From an uncultured Spirochaetota bacterium (GTDB taxonomy: Bacteria; Spirochaetota; Spirochaetia; SZUA-6; Fen-1364): a stretch of 45,208 bases of DNA. Shown here one piece after another: positions 19,553-29,511 of the stretch. The notes under the pieces were generated by a model. It worked only from the letters and a program-made list of their open reading frames with translations. It ran no database searches and was not told the origin of the DNA. Both the position numbers and the translations under genes were made by a program. Where the stretch lies: positions 1 to 45,208 of the forward strand of contig CAWGAA010000004.1 of assembly GCA_963820525.1 (NCBI GenBank), in the 5' to 3' direction. Positions within the stretch are counted from its first letter, which is position 1; every line of letters starts with the position of its first letter.

Positions 19553-20785
19553 TCAGTCCAGCGGCAGCTGAGCCGTGACCTTCGTGCCGGAGCCCTTGGC
19601 GGATTCAACCGAGAGCTTTCCTCCGACGGCTACCGCGCGTTCCTGCATCCCCAGCAATCCAAGGGATTGCTCGGCGCGTCCCGGGTCGAAGCCCCTGCCC
19701 TCATCTCCGATCTCGACCGATAACCTCCCGTCCTCAACGGCGAGATGCACCCGCGCTTTACGGGCGTGAGCGTGGCGGGCAACGTTTGTGAGGGCTTCCT
19801 GGACGATCCGAAACGCGGCCAAGGCCGCATCCGAGGAAAGCCGGGGAGTCTCTGGAGAATCGAAGCTCACTTCGACGCCGGTATGCTCCGAGAACTGCTT
19901 GAAAAGCAGCTTCAATGCGGGTACGAGGCCCAGGGTATCCAGAAGGGCCGGCCGCAGCTCTGAAGTGAGGTCGCGAACCCGCGTGATGGCCTGGTCAAGG
20001 ATATTTCGAGATTCTTCCAGCGCTTTGCCGCCCGAGAGGACCTTTCCGTCCTGACCGAGGAGCATCTGCAGATACGTGAGAAGCTGCCCCGCTTCATCGT
20101 GCAGCTCCCGGGCAATGAAGGATCTCTCCTCCTCTTGAACGGAAACGAGCCTATGGGCCAGATCCCGCATTTCCCGTTCGGCCCTCAGCCGCTTGTCCGC
20201 TTCCTGTTGGAGCTCCTTGAAAGAGGCTTCAAGCTCAGCTCGGGCTTTGAGGAGCGCCTCCTCCGCCTGCTTTCTGACACTGATGTCGGCCACGACGATC
20301 CAAAGCCCTCCGTCCGCGGATTGAATGGATTGGAGGCTCACCCAGAACCTCTCTCCCCGTGCGCGCGCCATCTCCAGCTCCGAGGTTGTCTTGGCCCGGC
20401 TTTCCGCCGCTTGCCGCCTCAGCAGGTAGAACCTCGGCAGGTTGTCTGCGGGGATGAACCGCGAAAACCTCTGGGCGACGAGTTTTTCCCGCGCGAGCCC
20501 GATCATCGCGCAGCCCGTGGAGTTCACCAGGGTGATGAGATTCGCCTTATTGAGCGTGAAATAGCCGACGGGCGCGTTGTCATACAGCTCGGCATAGCGG
20601 TCCCTGGCTTCCTGAAGCTCCGCCTGCGCCCTCATGGCACCGGGGCCTTCCCCCGAGGCTTCACGTACGGCAGGCTGTATTTTCTTGAAGATCCGCTCGC
20701 CCCGCACGTGCAGTTTTTTCTTTTCCTGAGGTCGCGGGGTCCCTCGTTGCCGGTGCTCATTGCTCACACGATGCCCTCTCAACAT
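19553..20785 (-). CDS. Cytoplasmic PAS-domain histidine kinase (HisKA_3, NarX/UhpB type)
   Basis: YAELYDNAPVGYFTL PAS; H-box IARELHDEAGQ; QEALTNVARHA, DEGRGF, GLLGMQER. Start codon uncertain. Confidence 0.9.
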   Translation of the reverse strand: MLRGHRVSNEHRQRGTPRPQEKKKLHVRGERIFKKIQPAVREASGEGPGAMRAQAELQEARDRYAELYDNAPVGYFTLNKANLITLVNSTGCAMIGLAREKLVAQRFSRFIPADNLPRFYLLRRQAAESRAKTTSELEMARARGERFWVSLQSIQSADGGLWIVVADISVRKQAEEALLKARAELEASFKELQQEADKRLRAEREMRDLAHRLVSVQEEERSFIARELHDEAGQLLTYLQMLLGQDGKVLSGGKALEESRNILDQAITRVRDLTSELRPALLDTLGLVPALKLLFKQFSEHTGVEVSFDSPETPRLSSDAALAAFRIVQEALTNVARHAHARKARVHLAVEDGRLSVEIGDEGRGFDPGRAEQSLGLLGMQERAVAVGGKLSVESAKGSGTKVTAQLPLD

Positions 20786-20856
20786 ATATAAAATACTTTT
20801 TTTGACTCGAATCGTGTCATCCCGGGGGTCTGCGCCCCCACGGGGTCCGGGTTTTC

Positions 20857-21096
20857 TCAGTAGTAGACGTAGTAGTACGAACCGGTATCCGGCGTCATGC
20901 CTATGGCATAGGTGACGCTTCCGCTGAGCAGCGGCAGAATGCCTCCCGCGAAATAGAAGAGCCCCGCCTCGGCCCCGACACCCATTCCAAGATCTTCCTC
21001 GTCATCCTCGGAATAGCGGATGAGGAAAGGGTACAGGGCGGCGCCGGCGAGCTCCTTACTCAGGGAGTCCCGCTCATTCTCCGGACATTCCACCAC
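20857..21096 (-). pseudogene. Possible relic of an outer-membrane beta-strand protein
   Basis: 79-aa ORF with strand-like segments (GMGVGAEAGLFYF, SGSVTYAIG) and an aromatic end; no signal peptide. Confidence 0.25.
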
Positions 21097-21991
21097 GGCC
21101 GCGCAGGGAAGTCCGCGCCCCGTTGGGCCGGCCTGAGCCGATCTCGGAACGCGCGAGCAGGACCACCGCCGCCAGGATCAGCACGCCGCCGGCCAAGGTG
21201 AGAGCCGAGACGGTTTCCCCCAGGAACGCGGCGGCGAGGCACACCGTGACCGCCGGCTCCACGGTGGAAAGCGTCGATGCATTGGTGGGCCCGATCCTCT
21301 CCATCCCCGCGAAAAACCCTCCAATGGCCACGACCGTAGAAACCACGGCAACGCAGACCACGGCGATCCACCCCTCGGGGCTCGTCGGCCATGAAGGTCC
21401 CCGCACTGAGGCGATGACGGCGTAGACGATCGCGGCGGAGGCGATTACCACGGTTGAGGAAGGAATGGCCGAGACCGACTTCATGAGCCGGGACCCCGCG
21501 ATGATGTATACGGAGTAGATGAGCGCCGCCCCCACACCCAGGGCGACTCCCGCGGGTTTCCCTCCACCCCCGAACCCCATCGTGAGCACCGCACCGACGA
21601 GCGCGAGGCCGATTGCAATTACCTTGGCCGCGGTGAGCTTCTCCTTGAGGAGAATGACGGCGGCAGCGGCTACGAGGATCGGGTAGAGGTAGAGCAGCAG
21701 GGCAACCAGGCCTGCGGAAGCCAGGGTCAGGGCCGTGAAGTAGCAGAAGGACTGGCCAACGTATCCCAGAGCGCCGAGGGCCGCGAGGCCTGCAAGGGGT
21801 GCCCCTCGGGGAAATGGAGCGCGGCGAACCGCCATGAGACCGAGCATGATTGGAGTGGCGATCGTAAAGCGCAAGAACAGAAGTGTTATCGGGTCGAGTC
21901 CATTGGCGTAAGCAACGCGGGCAAAGATCGGCATGGCCCCGAAGGAAACCGCGGACGCGATGACGAAAGCGAAACCAATGAGACGACGCAT
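21074..21991 (-). CDS. EamA/DMT family transporter
   Basis: About 10 TM helices; LLFLRF, LLYLYP and STVEPAVTVCLAAAFLGE motifs. Confidence 0.92.
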   Translation of the reverse strand: MRRLIGFAFVIASAVSFGAMPIFARVAYANGLDPITLLFLRFTIATPIMLGLMAVRRAPFPRGAPLAGLAALGALGYVGQSFCYFTALTLASAGLVALLLYLYPILVAAAAVILLKEKLTAAKVIAIGLALVGAVLTMGFGGGGKPAGVALGVGAALIYSVYIIAGSRLMKSVSAIPSSTVVIASAAIVYAVIASVRGPSWPTSPEGWIAVVCVAVVSTVVAIGGFFAGMERIGPTNASTLSTVEPAVTVCLAAAFLGETVSALTLAGGVLILAAVVLLARSEIGSGRPNGARTSLRGRGGMSGE

Positions 21992-22001
21992 TGACGAGTA
22001 C

Positions 22002-23708
22002 CTACCTCACGATCCTGAAGGCCCTATAAGTCCCCGGCTTGAGCTGGATGCGGAAAATGGGCTTGCCCTCACGGTCGCTCATCCCCGCCGGCGGGCTTGC
22101 GCCAAGGAGATCCTGGAGCCTGCTCCCCGCCGCGCGCGCGATTATGTCGACCTCGGTGGGATACGGCAGGAAGGATTCCACGATGAAGGTGTCGTTGTCG
22201 TATGCGAAAAGCCCGACCCGCGCCTTGGCGTCGATGACGACGGGGAGGTGGGGGGTCAGGGCTTCCCGGATCTGCCTGAGCACGGCCTGAGGCAGGAGGT
22301 ACAGCTGGCTGTAATCGTCGGGAATGGACAGCAGGTAGATCAGCCCGGAGTCGAAGCGGTGCGACAGGAGGAGCGGCGCTCCCAGCTCGCCGCTTATGCA
22401 AGAGACGACGGGCCAGGATTGGTTTGTGGAGTATGTCACGACGGGAAGCTGGATCGGCTCTCCGGCATCGTGGTAGTCGGTGAAGGAGCAATCCCTCGGG
22501 ATCACGGCGAACCTGCCCGCGCGGATTTTACGGTCCGTGCCGGCCAGTGTTCCAAACTCCTCGATTCCGCGGCCCCCAAGGCGCTTCAGGAGCCCCGAGG
22601 TGATCATGAGCGTCTTTCCCCGGCCGAGGTGGCCCTTCATCTTGTCAATGAGCCCGGGGTCGTTCGCCGCACGCGCGCTCAGGAGCACCACGGGGCTCTC
22701 GGCCGGGAACTCAGGGCTCGGCTCCAGGGGTATCCCCAGCATCCCGATGTAATCGAGGAGATGGTTTTCCCCCGAGGAATGGAAGGGCATGTAGCACGCC
22801 ACGCCAACGGGGTTGCCCAGGTCTCCCAGGATCCTGTCGGCATGCTCGAAGGCATAGCCGGCGGCGGGCGGAAAGAGGGAGTCCTTGAGCAGGCCGAAGG
22901 AGAAGAGGGTTACCTCGCGGGCTTTCGCGAAGAGCGTCAGATTGGCCTGCTCGATATAGGTGAAGGGATTGAAGCAATCGATGCAGTCGAACCAGCCTCC
23001 TCCGTTTTTCCCCTTTCCGACGTTTTCCATGTAGCGAAGGAGAAAATAGCTGAGATAGCTCTGGGTGTTCTGCTGCGTGTAGGCGGGATCTCGGGTCTCT
23101 GTTCCCGTGTAGATCCCGTCGAAAAGGCGCGTCTGCTCCTCCACGTTGTAGCCGTTATCCTGGTACGAGGGGTACCAGTTGGGGTACTTGATGACGAGCC
23201 GTGCATTGGGATTCGCCTGGCGAGCAGGGGCAATCACGCAATCGCGGGAAACCTCGGCGAGCATCCGGAGTCGAAACTCGGCCCAGCCGCTATCGCCCTT
23301 GGCAGCCTGGCAGGAGTCACACGTGCACACGGTGAAGAAAAAGTCGTCGAGGATGATCTCATCGAAGAGCATCGCCGCGCGCCGCACCTCGGCGGCCAGC
23401 AATTCACGATCGGCCTTGCGCGAATAGCAGAAGAGCCCCCACCTGAAGCCCTCGCGTCCGGTGCGCCTCTGTGTGGCGGTTATCCCTCCGCAGGCCATGA
23501 TCCCCCTGCTTCGAAGGTAATCCCTGATTTCAACGAGGAGCTTTTCATCGGGCCGCTCCTCGGAGCGATAGGTTTCAAGGTAGACCTTTGCGATGTCCAG
23601 GTGCCTCTCGAGGGCGGTTAAATCGGAGGCAAATCGGGTGACATCCCGGCAGCGCGTGATGTCGGAAGCCGTCGCGTACACGGCAGCCCTGAAGTGGCGG
23701 TATTTCAT
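22002..23708 (-). CDS. Uncharacterised GH42-like protein (TIM barrel, CxCxxC, trimerisation-like domain)
   Basis: Start ATG 23708; DEIILDDFFFTVCTCDSC, IKYPNWY and TGTETRDP motifs; C-terminal alpha/beta domain. Confidence 0.55.
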   Translation of the reverse strand: MKYRHFRAAVYATASDITRCRDVTRFASDLTALERHLDIAKVYLETYRSEERPDEKLLVEIRDYLRSRGIMACGGITATQRRTGREGFRWGLFCYSRKADRELLAAEVRRAAMLFDEIILDDFFFTVCTCDSCQAAKGDSGWAEFRLRMLAEVSRDCVIAPARQANPNARLVIKYPNWYPSYQDNGYNVEEQTRLFDGIYTGTETRDPAYTQQNTQSYLSYFLLRYMENVGKGKNGGGWFDCIDCFNPFTYIEQANLTLFAKAREVTLFSFGLLKDSLFPPAAGYAFEHADRILGDLGNPVGVACYMPFHSSGENHLLDYIGMLGIPLEPSPEFPAESPVVLLSARAANDPGLIDKMKGHLGRGKTLMITSGLLKRLGGRGIEEFGTLAGTDRKIRAGRFAVIPRDCSFTDYHDAGEPIQLPVVTYSTNQSWPVVSCISGELGAPLLLSHRFDSGLIYLLSIPDDYSQLYLLPQAVLRQIREALTPHLPVVIDAKARVGLFAYDNDTFIVESFLPYPTEVDIIARAAGSRLQDLLGASPPAGMSDREGKPIFRIQLKPGTYRAFRIVR

Positions 23709-23836
23709 GGCGGCCACTATACCCGGCGCGCCGTCAATCGCGCAATCTCCCCGGCGGATGGACGGCTTGGCGGCCCGGCGCGCGGCCGGAAAACCGGCCA
23801 TTGCGCCGCCACCCCTTTTTTCGTATTGTAGGGCAA

Positions 23837-25078
23837 ATGTCGGACGCGAGCCATTCCCCGCTCAACATCCAGAAGCCGCGCCTGGTCAATCGCCTGTTCT
23901 ACCGCGTGATGACCGGCCTGCTCCGCGGCGTCATTCTCAACTACTTCCGCCTCACGCCGCAGAACGCCGACAGCGTGCCCAGGGACGGCGGGGGGATCAT
24001 ACTGGCCAACCACGTGAGCCTCTTCGATCCGATATGGATCTATGCCATGCTGCGCCGCCCCGTCTATTTCGCCGCGACCGAGGACCTCTTCCGCCAGAGG
24101 TTCCTAGCCCGCCTCATCCGCTGGTTCGGCGCCTTTCCCAAGCGCAAGGCGGCCTCCGATGTGGCGGCGCTCCGGAACATTTTCTCCATCGCGTCCACCG
24201 GCGGCCTGATCGGCGTCTTCCCCGAGGGAGTGCGAACGTGGGACGGCCGCAACTTGCCCGTCGTCCCCGCAATCGCCCGGCTCATCCGCCGGCTGGCCCT
24301 TCCGGTGTACGTGTGCCGCTTCGAGGGCGCCTACCTCGCCTATCCACGCTGGGCGCGCCGGTGGCGAAAGATCCCCGTCAAGGGGATCTTCTCCAAGCTC
24401 TACGACTCGAATGAAATTCCCGCCGGGGACGGAAAGATCATCTCCGATATCGCCTCCGCGATCCACACCGTCGACTACGAGCTGGGCATCGACACGAGCC
24501 GGATCAAGGGCAAGGGCCTCGCCGTCAACATCAGCCGCGTCCTGTACCGCTGCCCGAGCTGCGGGACGCTGGAGGGGCTGAAGCTGGTGAGGCCCTTCAG
24601 CACAAACATGGTGGAGTGCTCCAGCTGCTTCTCCTCCTGGATCGTCGACGCCGCATGCCGGCTCTCCGCCGTGGATGAAGCGGGAAAGGCGGAAGGGACG
24701 GCGACGCCGTTGAGCGAGTACTACCAGGCGATTCGCTCCATGCCCTTGAGCCCCATCAAGTCGGAGATACGCCTCGGCCTCGCCCCCGGTGAAGGGCTCT
24801 TCTTGATCTCCCGCCCTCGCTTCCTCTTCAAGCAGGAGCAGTTTCCTAATCTGCGTGTCCTCGCCTTCGGGCGGGCCTTTCTCACGGCCGGCAGGCTGAT
24901 ATTCCGCACGCGCCTGGGCATTCCCCTCAATGCCCCCCTCTCCGCCATTGGGGCACTCTCCGTGGATCCCGGCGATAGGCTCCACTTCACTTTCGAAGGC
25001 AAGCTCTACCGCATCCCATTCAGGAACGAAAGCGCCCTGAAATGGTTCGATACCATCCATAGATTGAAGGGAGAGTGA
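23837..25078 (+). CDS. PlsC-family lysophospholipid acyltransferase with C-terminal zinc ribbon
   Basis: ANHVSLFDP (NHX4D) and VFPEGVR motifs; CPSC...CSSC in the C-terminal extension. Confidence 0.88.
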   Translation: MSDASHSPLNIQKPRLVNRLFYRVMTGLLRGVILNYFRLTPQNADSVPRDGGGIILANHVSLFDPIWIYAMLRRPVYFAATEDLFRQRFLARLIRWFGAFPKRKAASDVAALRNIFSIASTGGLIGVFPEGVRTWDGRNLPVVPAIARLIRRLALPVYVCRFEGAYLAYPRWARRWRKIPVKGIFSKLYDSNEIPAGDGKIISDIASAIHTVDYELGIDTSRIKGKGLAVNISRVLYRCPSCGTLEGLKLVRPFSTNMVECSSCFSSWIVDAACRLSAVDEAGKAEGTATPLSEYYQAIRSMPLSPIKSEIRLGLAPGEGLFLISRPRFLFKQEQFPNLRVLAFGRAFLTAGRLIFRTRLGIPLNAPLSAIGALSVDPGDRLHFTFEGKLYRIPFRNESALKWFDTIHRLKGE

Positions 25079-25082
25079 GGCC

Positions 25083-25686
25083 GTGAGCGGATTCTCGTTT
25101 CTCAAGCTCGTCGAAAGGCGCTTCAGCCTCCGTCGCTACGACGTGGATCGAAGGCTCTCGGACCATGACCTCCTCTTCATTTTCGAGGCGGCCCGCCTTG
25201 CTCCCTCGGCTGAAAACTCCCAGCCCTGGAGGTTCGTGATTGTGCGCGATCCCGCAGTCCGCGCGCGGCTGGCGCGGGAGTGCTTCTCCGGGATGTACCT
25301 GCCCACCCGCTTCGCCGGCGAGGCTCCGGCGATCGTCGCCCTGTGCGCCAATCGGGCGAGGATCATAAAAAGGGCGGGAGAAGCTCATTCTTCAAACCGC
25401 GCTCTACCAGCTCGACTGCGGGATCGCCGGGGAACACCTGGCACTGGCCGCGGCGGAGCGGGGAATCGGCAGCTGCTGGATCGGCTGGTTCAACAAGAGG
25501 AAGGCGAGAAAGGCCCTCGGGTTGCCCCCCTATATAGAAGTTGTTGCGCTCATCGCTCTGGGGTATCCGAGGGAAGGGACCCCGGCGAGGCGGAAGATCC
25601 GCCAGCCGCTTTCCTCAATCGTTTCGTTGGACAGGTGGGGAGAGCCGTTTCCCCCGGCGGTGGATCAGGACGGCGTGAGGAAGTAA
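25083..25686 (+). pseudogene. Nitroreductase family gene split by a +1 frameshift
   Basis: N-half RFSLRRY...ARLAPSAENSQPWRF; C-half in the +1 frame from about 25381: YQLDCGIAGEHLALAAAERGIGSCWIGWF...LIALGYP, stop TAA 25684-86. Confidence 0.85.
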
Positions 25687-26414
25687 CTGACCGTCCTGCC
25701 GCTGGGGTCCACTCCGGTTTCGGGATTGGCCGGGTCGATGATCCGGCTGCCGTTGGAGTAGAAGTAGTAGAAATGCCTTCCCGGCAGGACGCGGAGAGTA
25801 ATGCGGAAGAGGCCGGGCTGGATCTCTTGTAAGAAATCGATGAAAGGGTCCCAATCGTTGAAGTCCCCTGCGATGGAAATGCGGAGCCCCGCCTGCCCGC
25901 GGTAGGTAAAAGTGAGTCCGCCGTCGGCCTCGAGCTTCGGATTGAGGAGGGTGCGCGCAGGCTCCCGCTCTATGGTGAACACGGAGATCGCGTTTCCCAG
26001 CTCGTCAGTCTCCGAGGAGAGGTTCGCCGGGTCGTTCATCCACAGACCGTCCACAACCATCCGGTAGCGGATCTCCCGTACGCCTTCGGGGACCTGGTAG
26101 TCCAGGACGAATACCCCGTTGTCGTTCCTCGCGTAGGGGTGGAGAACCGCATAACCCTCATGGGCGAACCTGGCTCCGACAAACCGCCCGGAGCCCTCGG
26201 GCTTGCAGCTGAAAATAGCGATATCGCCGACGAGACGGGGCGGCTCGGAATGCTCGATGCTCTGGATGGCGATGTCGAGGGTGATCGGGTTGGCCGCGAA
26301 AAGGGAGGCGGGAGAGCAGAGAGGGATCGCCAGGGCGATAATGCCGAGACAGAGAATTGAGCGGAGCCGGCCGCTCGCCCTTTGTTTTCCCCTCCGAGAG
26401 ACTGTCTTCTTCAC
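25665..26414 (-). CDS. Exported protein with two CBM48/AMPK-type glycogen-binding domains
   Basis: Signal peptide; YRMVVDGLWMNDPAN and IAGDFNDWDP...YYFY...DPAN motifs. Confidence 0.8.
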   Translation of the reverse strand: MKKTVSRRGKQRASGRLRSILCLGIIALAIPLCSPASLFAANPITLDIAIQSIEHSEPPRLVGDIAIFSCKPEGSGRFVGARFAHEGYAVLHPYARNDNGVFVLDYQVPEGVREIRYRMVVDGLWMNDPANLSSETDELGNAISVFTIEREPARTLLNPKLEADGGLTFTYRGQAGLRISIAGDFNDWDPFIDFLQEIQPGLFRITLRVLPGRHFYYFYSNGSRIIDPANPETGVDPSGRTVSYFLTPS

Positions 26415-26518
26415 TGTGGACGTCCCGTTTCTTTTGTTTATAATAGTACTTCGGTACGCGCCGACGCCGACTTGAGCGGGAGCGCATCAGCCGGTCCGGA
26501 ATTGGATCGAGGAGACCC

Positions 26519-29425
26519 ATGCCGAGTCGAGACGATATCGAAAAACTCTCCAAGGTTCTCAACTCTCTGGGTGAGCAGGAAGCCGGAGCCGGAAAGGAAA
26601 AACCGGCGGAAGAAAAGGCGCCTTCCGAGGAAGATCTCCCGCCCGATCTTGGCGATCTTCTCGGACCAGCGGGCGCTCCCGGGGAGCCCCCGGCGGGCGC
26701 GGAGGCTCCTCAGGAGACTTTCGAGGAGCCGGCAGGGCTCGACTTCGGATCCCTCTTCGGAGAGGAAGCGGGGGAAAAGCCCCTGGATGAGCTCGTGACG
26801 GAAGAGCCCGGCGCCGGTCCCGCAGGGGGCGAAGCCCCTTCAGAGGCGGAGCCCTCCCTGACACCCGAGTCCCCCGTAGACCTCAATGCAGACGTGAACC
26901 AGATGGAGATGATTTCCGGAGAGCTCGGCCCTCTGGATGAGCTTGGGGCCCCGGCAGCAGAGGAACCGGCCCCCCCTGAGGGAAAGCCCGAAGAGGCGGG
27001 AATCGAGCTTCCCGAGGGATTCGAGTCTTTCGAAAGCCCGGAGACGCAGCCGGTCGAGGCTCCCGCCGAAGAGCCGGCCCCGCCGGAGCCAGAAAGGATC
27101 GAGCTTCCATCCTTCGAAGATATGAGCCTGCCGGAGGGAGAAGCGCTCGGCGCGGAAGCGCCCGCATTCCCTGAAGCGCCGGCATTCCCCGAGGTGCCCG
27201 CCGAAGGTGAGAAGGGCGCCGCGCCGGCGGCTCCGGGCCCCGAGCCGTTCATCCCCGAGGGTTTCGAGCTCGGTGAGCAGGGCGCCGGACAGCCTCCCGG
27301 AGCCCCCGCCGCGGAGGAGGCGGTCCCGGGCGAGCTGGGTCTCGAAGAGTTCACGCTGCCCGAATCCGTGAAGGAGTTCGGCATCGCTCCGACACCCGCC
27401 CCGGGAGCCAGGCGGGTGCGGCCAGCGGCCGCGCCCGCGATGCCGGGCAAGGAGGCCGTTGAAGAGCTCGGCGGCGCCGAAGTCGAGATCGAGCTTACCG
27501 AAGAGCAGTTTTTACGCCTCAAGAGGTGCCTCACCTCCCTGCCGCGCAACCTCAAGATCGCAATCCAGGACATCGTGGCCTCCGGGGGGGCTTTCGGGCC
27601 CGATCTGAAGAAGCTCATCCAGCTCCTCGTGTCGGGGGCTTCCCCGCTGGAGATCGCCGACCTCGCCGGAAAAATCACGGGGAAAAAAATCCGGCTCCCG
27701 GCCGGCTTCGAAAAGAGAACCGGCCTGGCCTTCGAGGCGGAGGCCAGGACCTTCGGATACGCGTTTCGGGAGAACATCTGGCCCATTGTGCGCGTATTCG
27801 TGCTCACCGCCCTCGTGCTGGCGGCTTTCCTGTTCGTCGGGTATCGCTACGTCTACCAGCCCATGTACGCATATACGAGCTACGCCACGGGCTACGACAA
27901 CCTGCGGGGAAACCGATTCGAGCTGGCCAATCAGGGCTTCGACAGGGCCACGGCCGTATGGCCGATGAAGAGCTGGTTCTACCGGTACGCCGAGGGCTTC
28001 ACGGACAAGGGGCAGTACCTGCAGGCCGAGCAGAAATACGACGAGCTTCTCAGGCGCTGGCCCAGGGACAAGAAAGGAATCATCGATTATTCCCGGATGC
28101 TGTCCACCCGGCTCCTCGATTACCAGAAGGCGGACTCCCTGCTCTCGGGGATCCTCGACAGGAAGATGTACGATTTCGACGCGCTTTTGGCGGCCGGCGA
28201 CAACGACATGCAATGGGCGGCGGAGGACCCGAAGCGTTTCGAGGAGGCCCGGATCGCCTACGCTTCGCTCATCGAGAGATACGGCCAGCGCGACGAGCTC
28301 CTGTTCCGAATGCTTGACTACTTCATCCGCACCGACAACTACCCCGAGGCCGAGCGGCTGCGGCTGTACTTCGACGCGCACAAGGACACGAAGGTGGACC
28401 CCGAGGCGTACGCCGAGCTGGGCGGCTACCTCATCGACAAGAACGAGCTGACGGAAGTGCAGGACGTCCTCTTCGCGGCGCTGGAAGCCAAGAGAGACCT
28501 GCCGCAGATCCACTACAACCTGGCGCGCTACTACAGGCTGGTCAAGGACCCGGTGGAGGAAAAGAAGGCGCTGGAAGGAGCGCTTCTCTTCATGAAGCCC
28601 TTCGACGTCTTGAGCGTGCCGAGGCTCACCATGGAGATCGACACGCACACGCGGCTGGGCGAGTTATACTACGGCAGCAAGGCGTTCCTGGACGCGGAGA
28701 AGGAGTACAAGACCGCGATCGACCTCGTGGAGAGCGACCAGAAAAGGAAGCTCATCGGGACGGGCGCCGTTTTCGGCCGTCCCTATCACGACCTGGGAGA
28801 CCTGTCATATTACGTCAGCGGAGACCTCGACAGGTCCTTCCTGATGTACCAGAAGGCAATCGAGAACGGGGATACGGGCCCCGAGCTGGACTACAAGATC
28901 GGCTACATCCACTACGCGGAGGGCAACTTCAAGGCGGCGTTGGACAGCTTCATCCGATCGTCGGAGGGCCTGCCCCCGGCCCGCCTCCCCTTCAATCTCC
29001 TCTATGCGCTGGGCAATACCTTCTTCCAGCGTGACGATTTTTTCGCGGCGCAGGGCCACTACCTTCGCCTCATGGACATGCTCAACGACAAGAGGGCCGG
29101 GATCGTGAATCTCCAGCCCCAGGAGCAGCCCGATCACCGCGCCCTGGTCCAGAACATGCTGAGGGTGGACAACAATCTCGGCGTGGTCACCTTCCGCATC
29201 TCGGAGAAGATGGGAGACAGGAAAAAAAGATCGGAAGCCCTCGCGCTCCTGGCCGCGGCCGCGGAGCAGTACGACGTGCTCTCGCGAGACCCGGAGAGCA
29301 TGAAGCGCTCCGAGTCGAAAAACCTTCCCTCCCTCAATATGCGGGGAATTCTCTATCCCAGCGCCAACTTCGACCCCCAGATCTACAATCTCGTCCCCAA
29401 GGACCTGGAGGCGACGTTTTTCTAG
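26519..29425 (+). CDS. flcA: Periplasmic flagellar collar protein FlcA-like
   Basis: 968 aa; long acidic Pro/Glu N-terminus; LPRNLKIAI block; single TM helix; large periplasmic TPR region, matching the spirochaete FlcA architecture as recalled. Confidence 0.75.
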   Translation: MPSRDDIEKLSKVLNSLGEQEAGAGKEKPAEEKAPSEEDLPPDLGDLLGPAGAPGEPPAGAEAPQETFEEPAGLDFGSLFGEEAGEKPLDELVTEEPGAGPAGGEAPSEAEPSLTPESPVDLNADVNQMEMISGELGPLDELGAPAAEEPAPPEGKPEEAGIELPEGFESFESPETQPVEAPAEEPAPPEPERIELPSFEDMSLPEGEALGAEAPAFPEAPAFPEVPAEGEKGAAPAAPGPEPFIPEGFELGEQGAGQPPGAPAAEEAVPGELGLEEFTLPESVKEFGIAPTPAPGARRVRPAAAPAMPGKEAVEELGGAEVEIELTEEQFLRLKRCLTSLPRNLKIAIQDIVASGGAFGPDLKKLIQLLVSGASPLEIADLAGKITGKKIRLPAGFEKRTGLAFEAEARTFGYAFRENIWPIVRVFVLTALVLAAFLFVGYRYVYQPMYAYTSYATGYDNLRGNRFELANQGFDRATAVWPMKSWFYRYAEGFTDKGQYLQAEQKYDELLRRWPRDKKGIIDYSRMLSTRLLDYQKADSLLSGILDRKMYDFDALLAAGDNDMQWAAEDPKRFEEARIAYASLIERYGQRDELLFRMLDYFIRTDNYPEAERLRLYFDAHKDTKVDPEAYAELGGYLIDKNELTEVQDVLFAALEAKRDLPQIHYNLARYYRLVKDPVEEKKALEGALLFMKPFDVLSVPRLTMEIDTHTRLGELYYGSKAFLDAEKEYKTAIDLVESDQKRKLIGTGAVFGRPYHDLGDLSYYVSGDLDRSFLMYQKAIENGDTGPELDYKIGYIHYAEGNFKAALDSFIRSSEGLPPARLPFNLLYALGNTFFQRDDFFAAQGHYLRLMDMLNDKRAGIVNLQPQEQPDHRALVQNMLRVDNNLGVVTFRISEKMGDRKKRSEALALLAAAAEQYDVLSRDPESMKRSESKNLPSLNMRGILYPSANFDPQIYNLVPKDLEATFF

Positions 29426-29511
29426 AAAGACGGCCGCAGAAGCGCGCGTCAGCGCCCCGAGCCCCGAGCTACTGAAGCACGCGCCGTTCGGCTGCGAGCC
29501 GGCGGCGAGCT

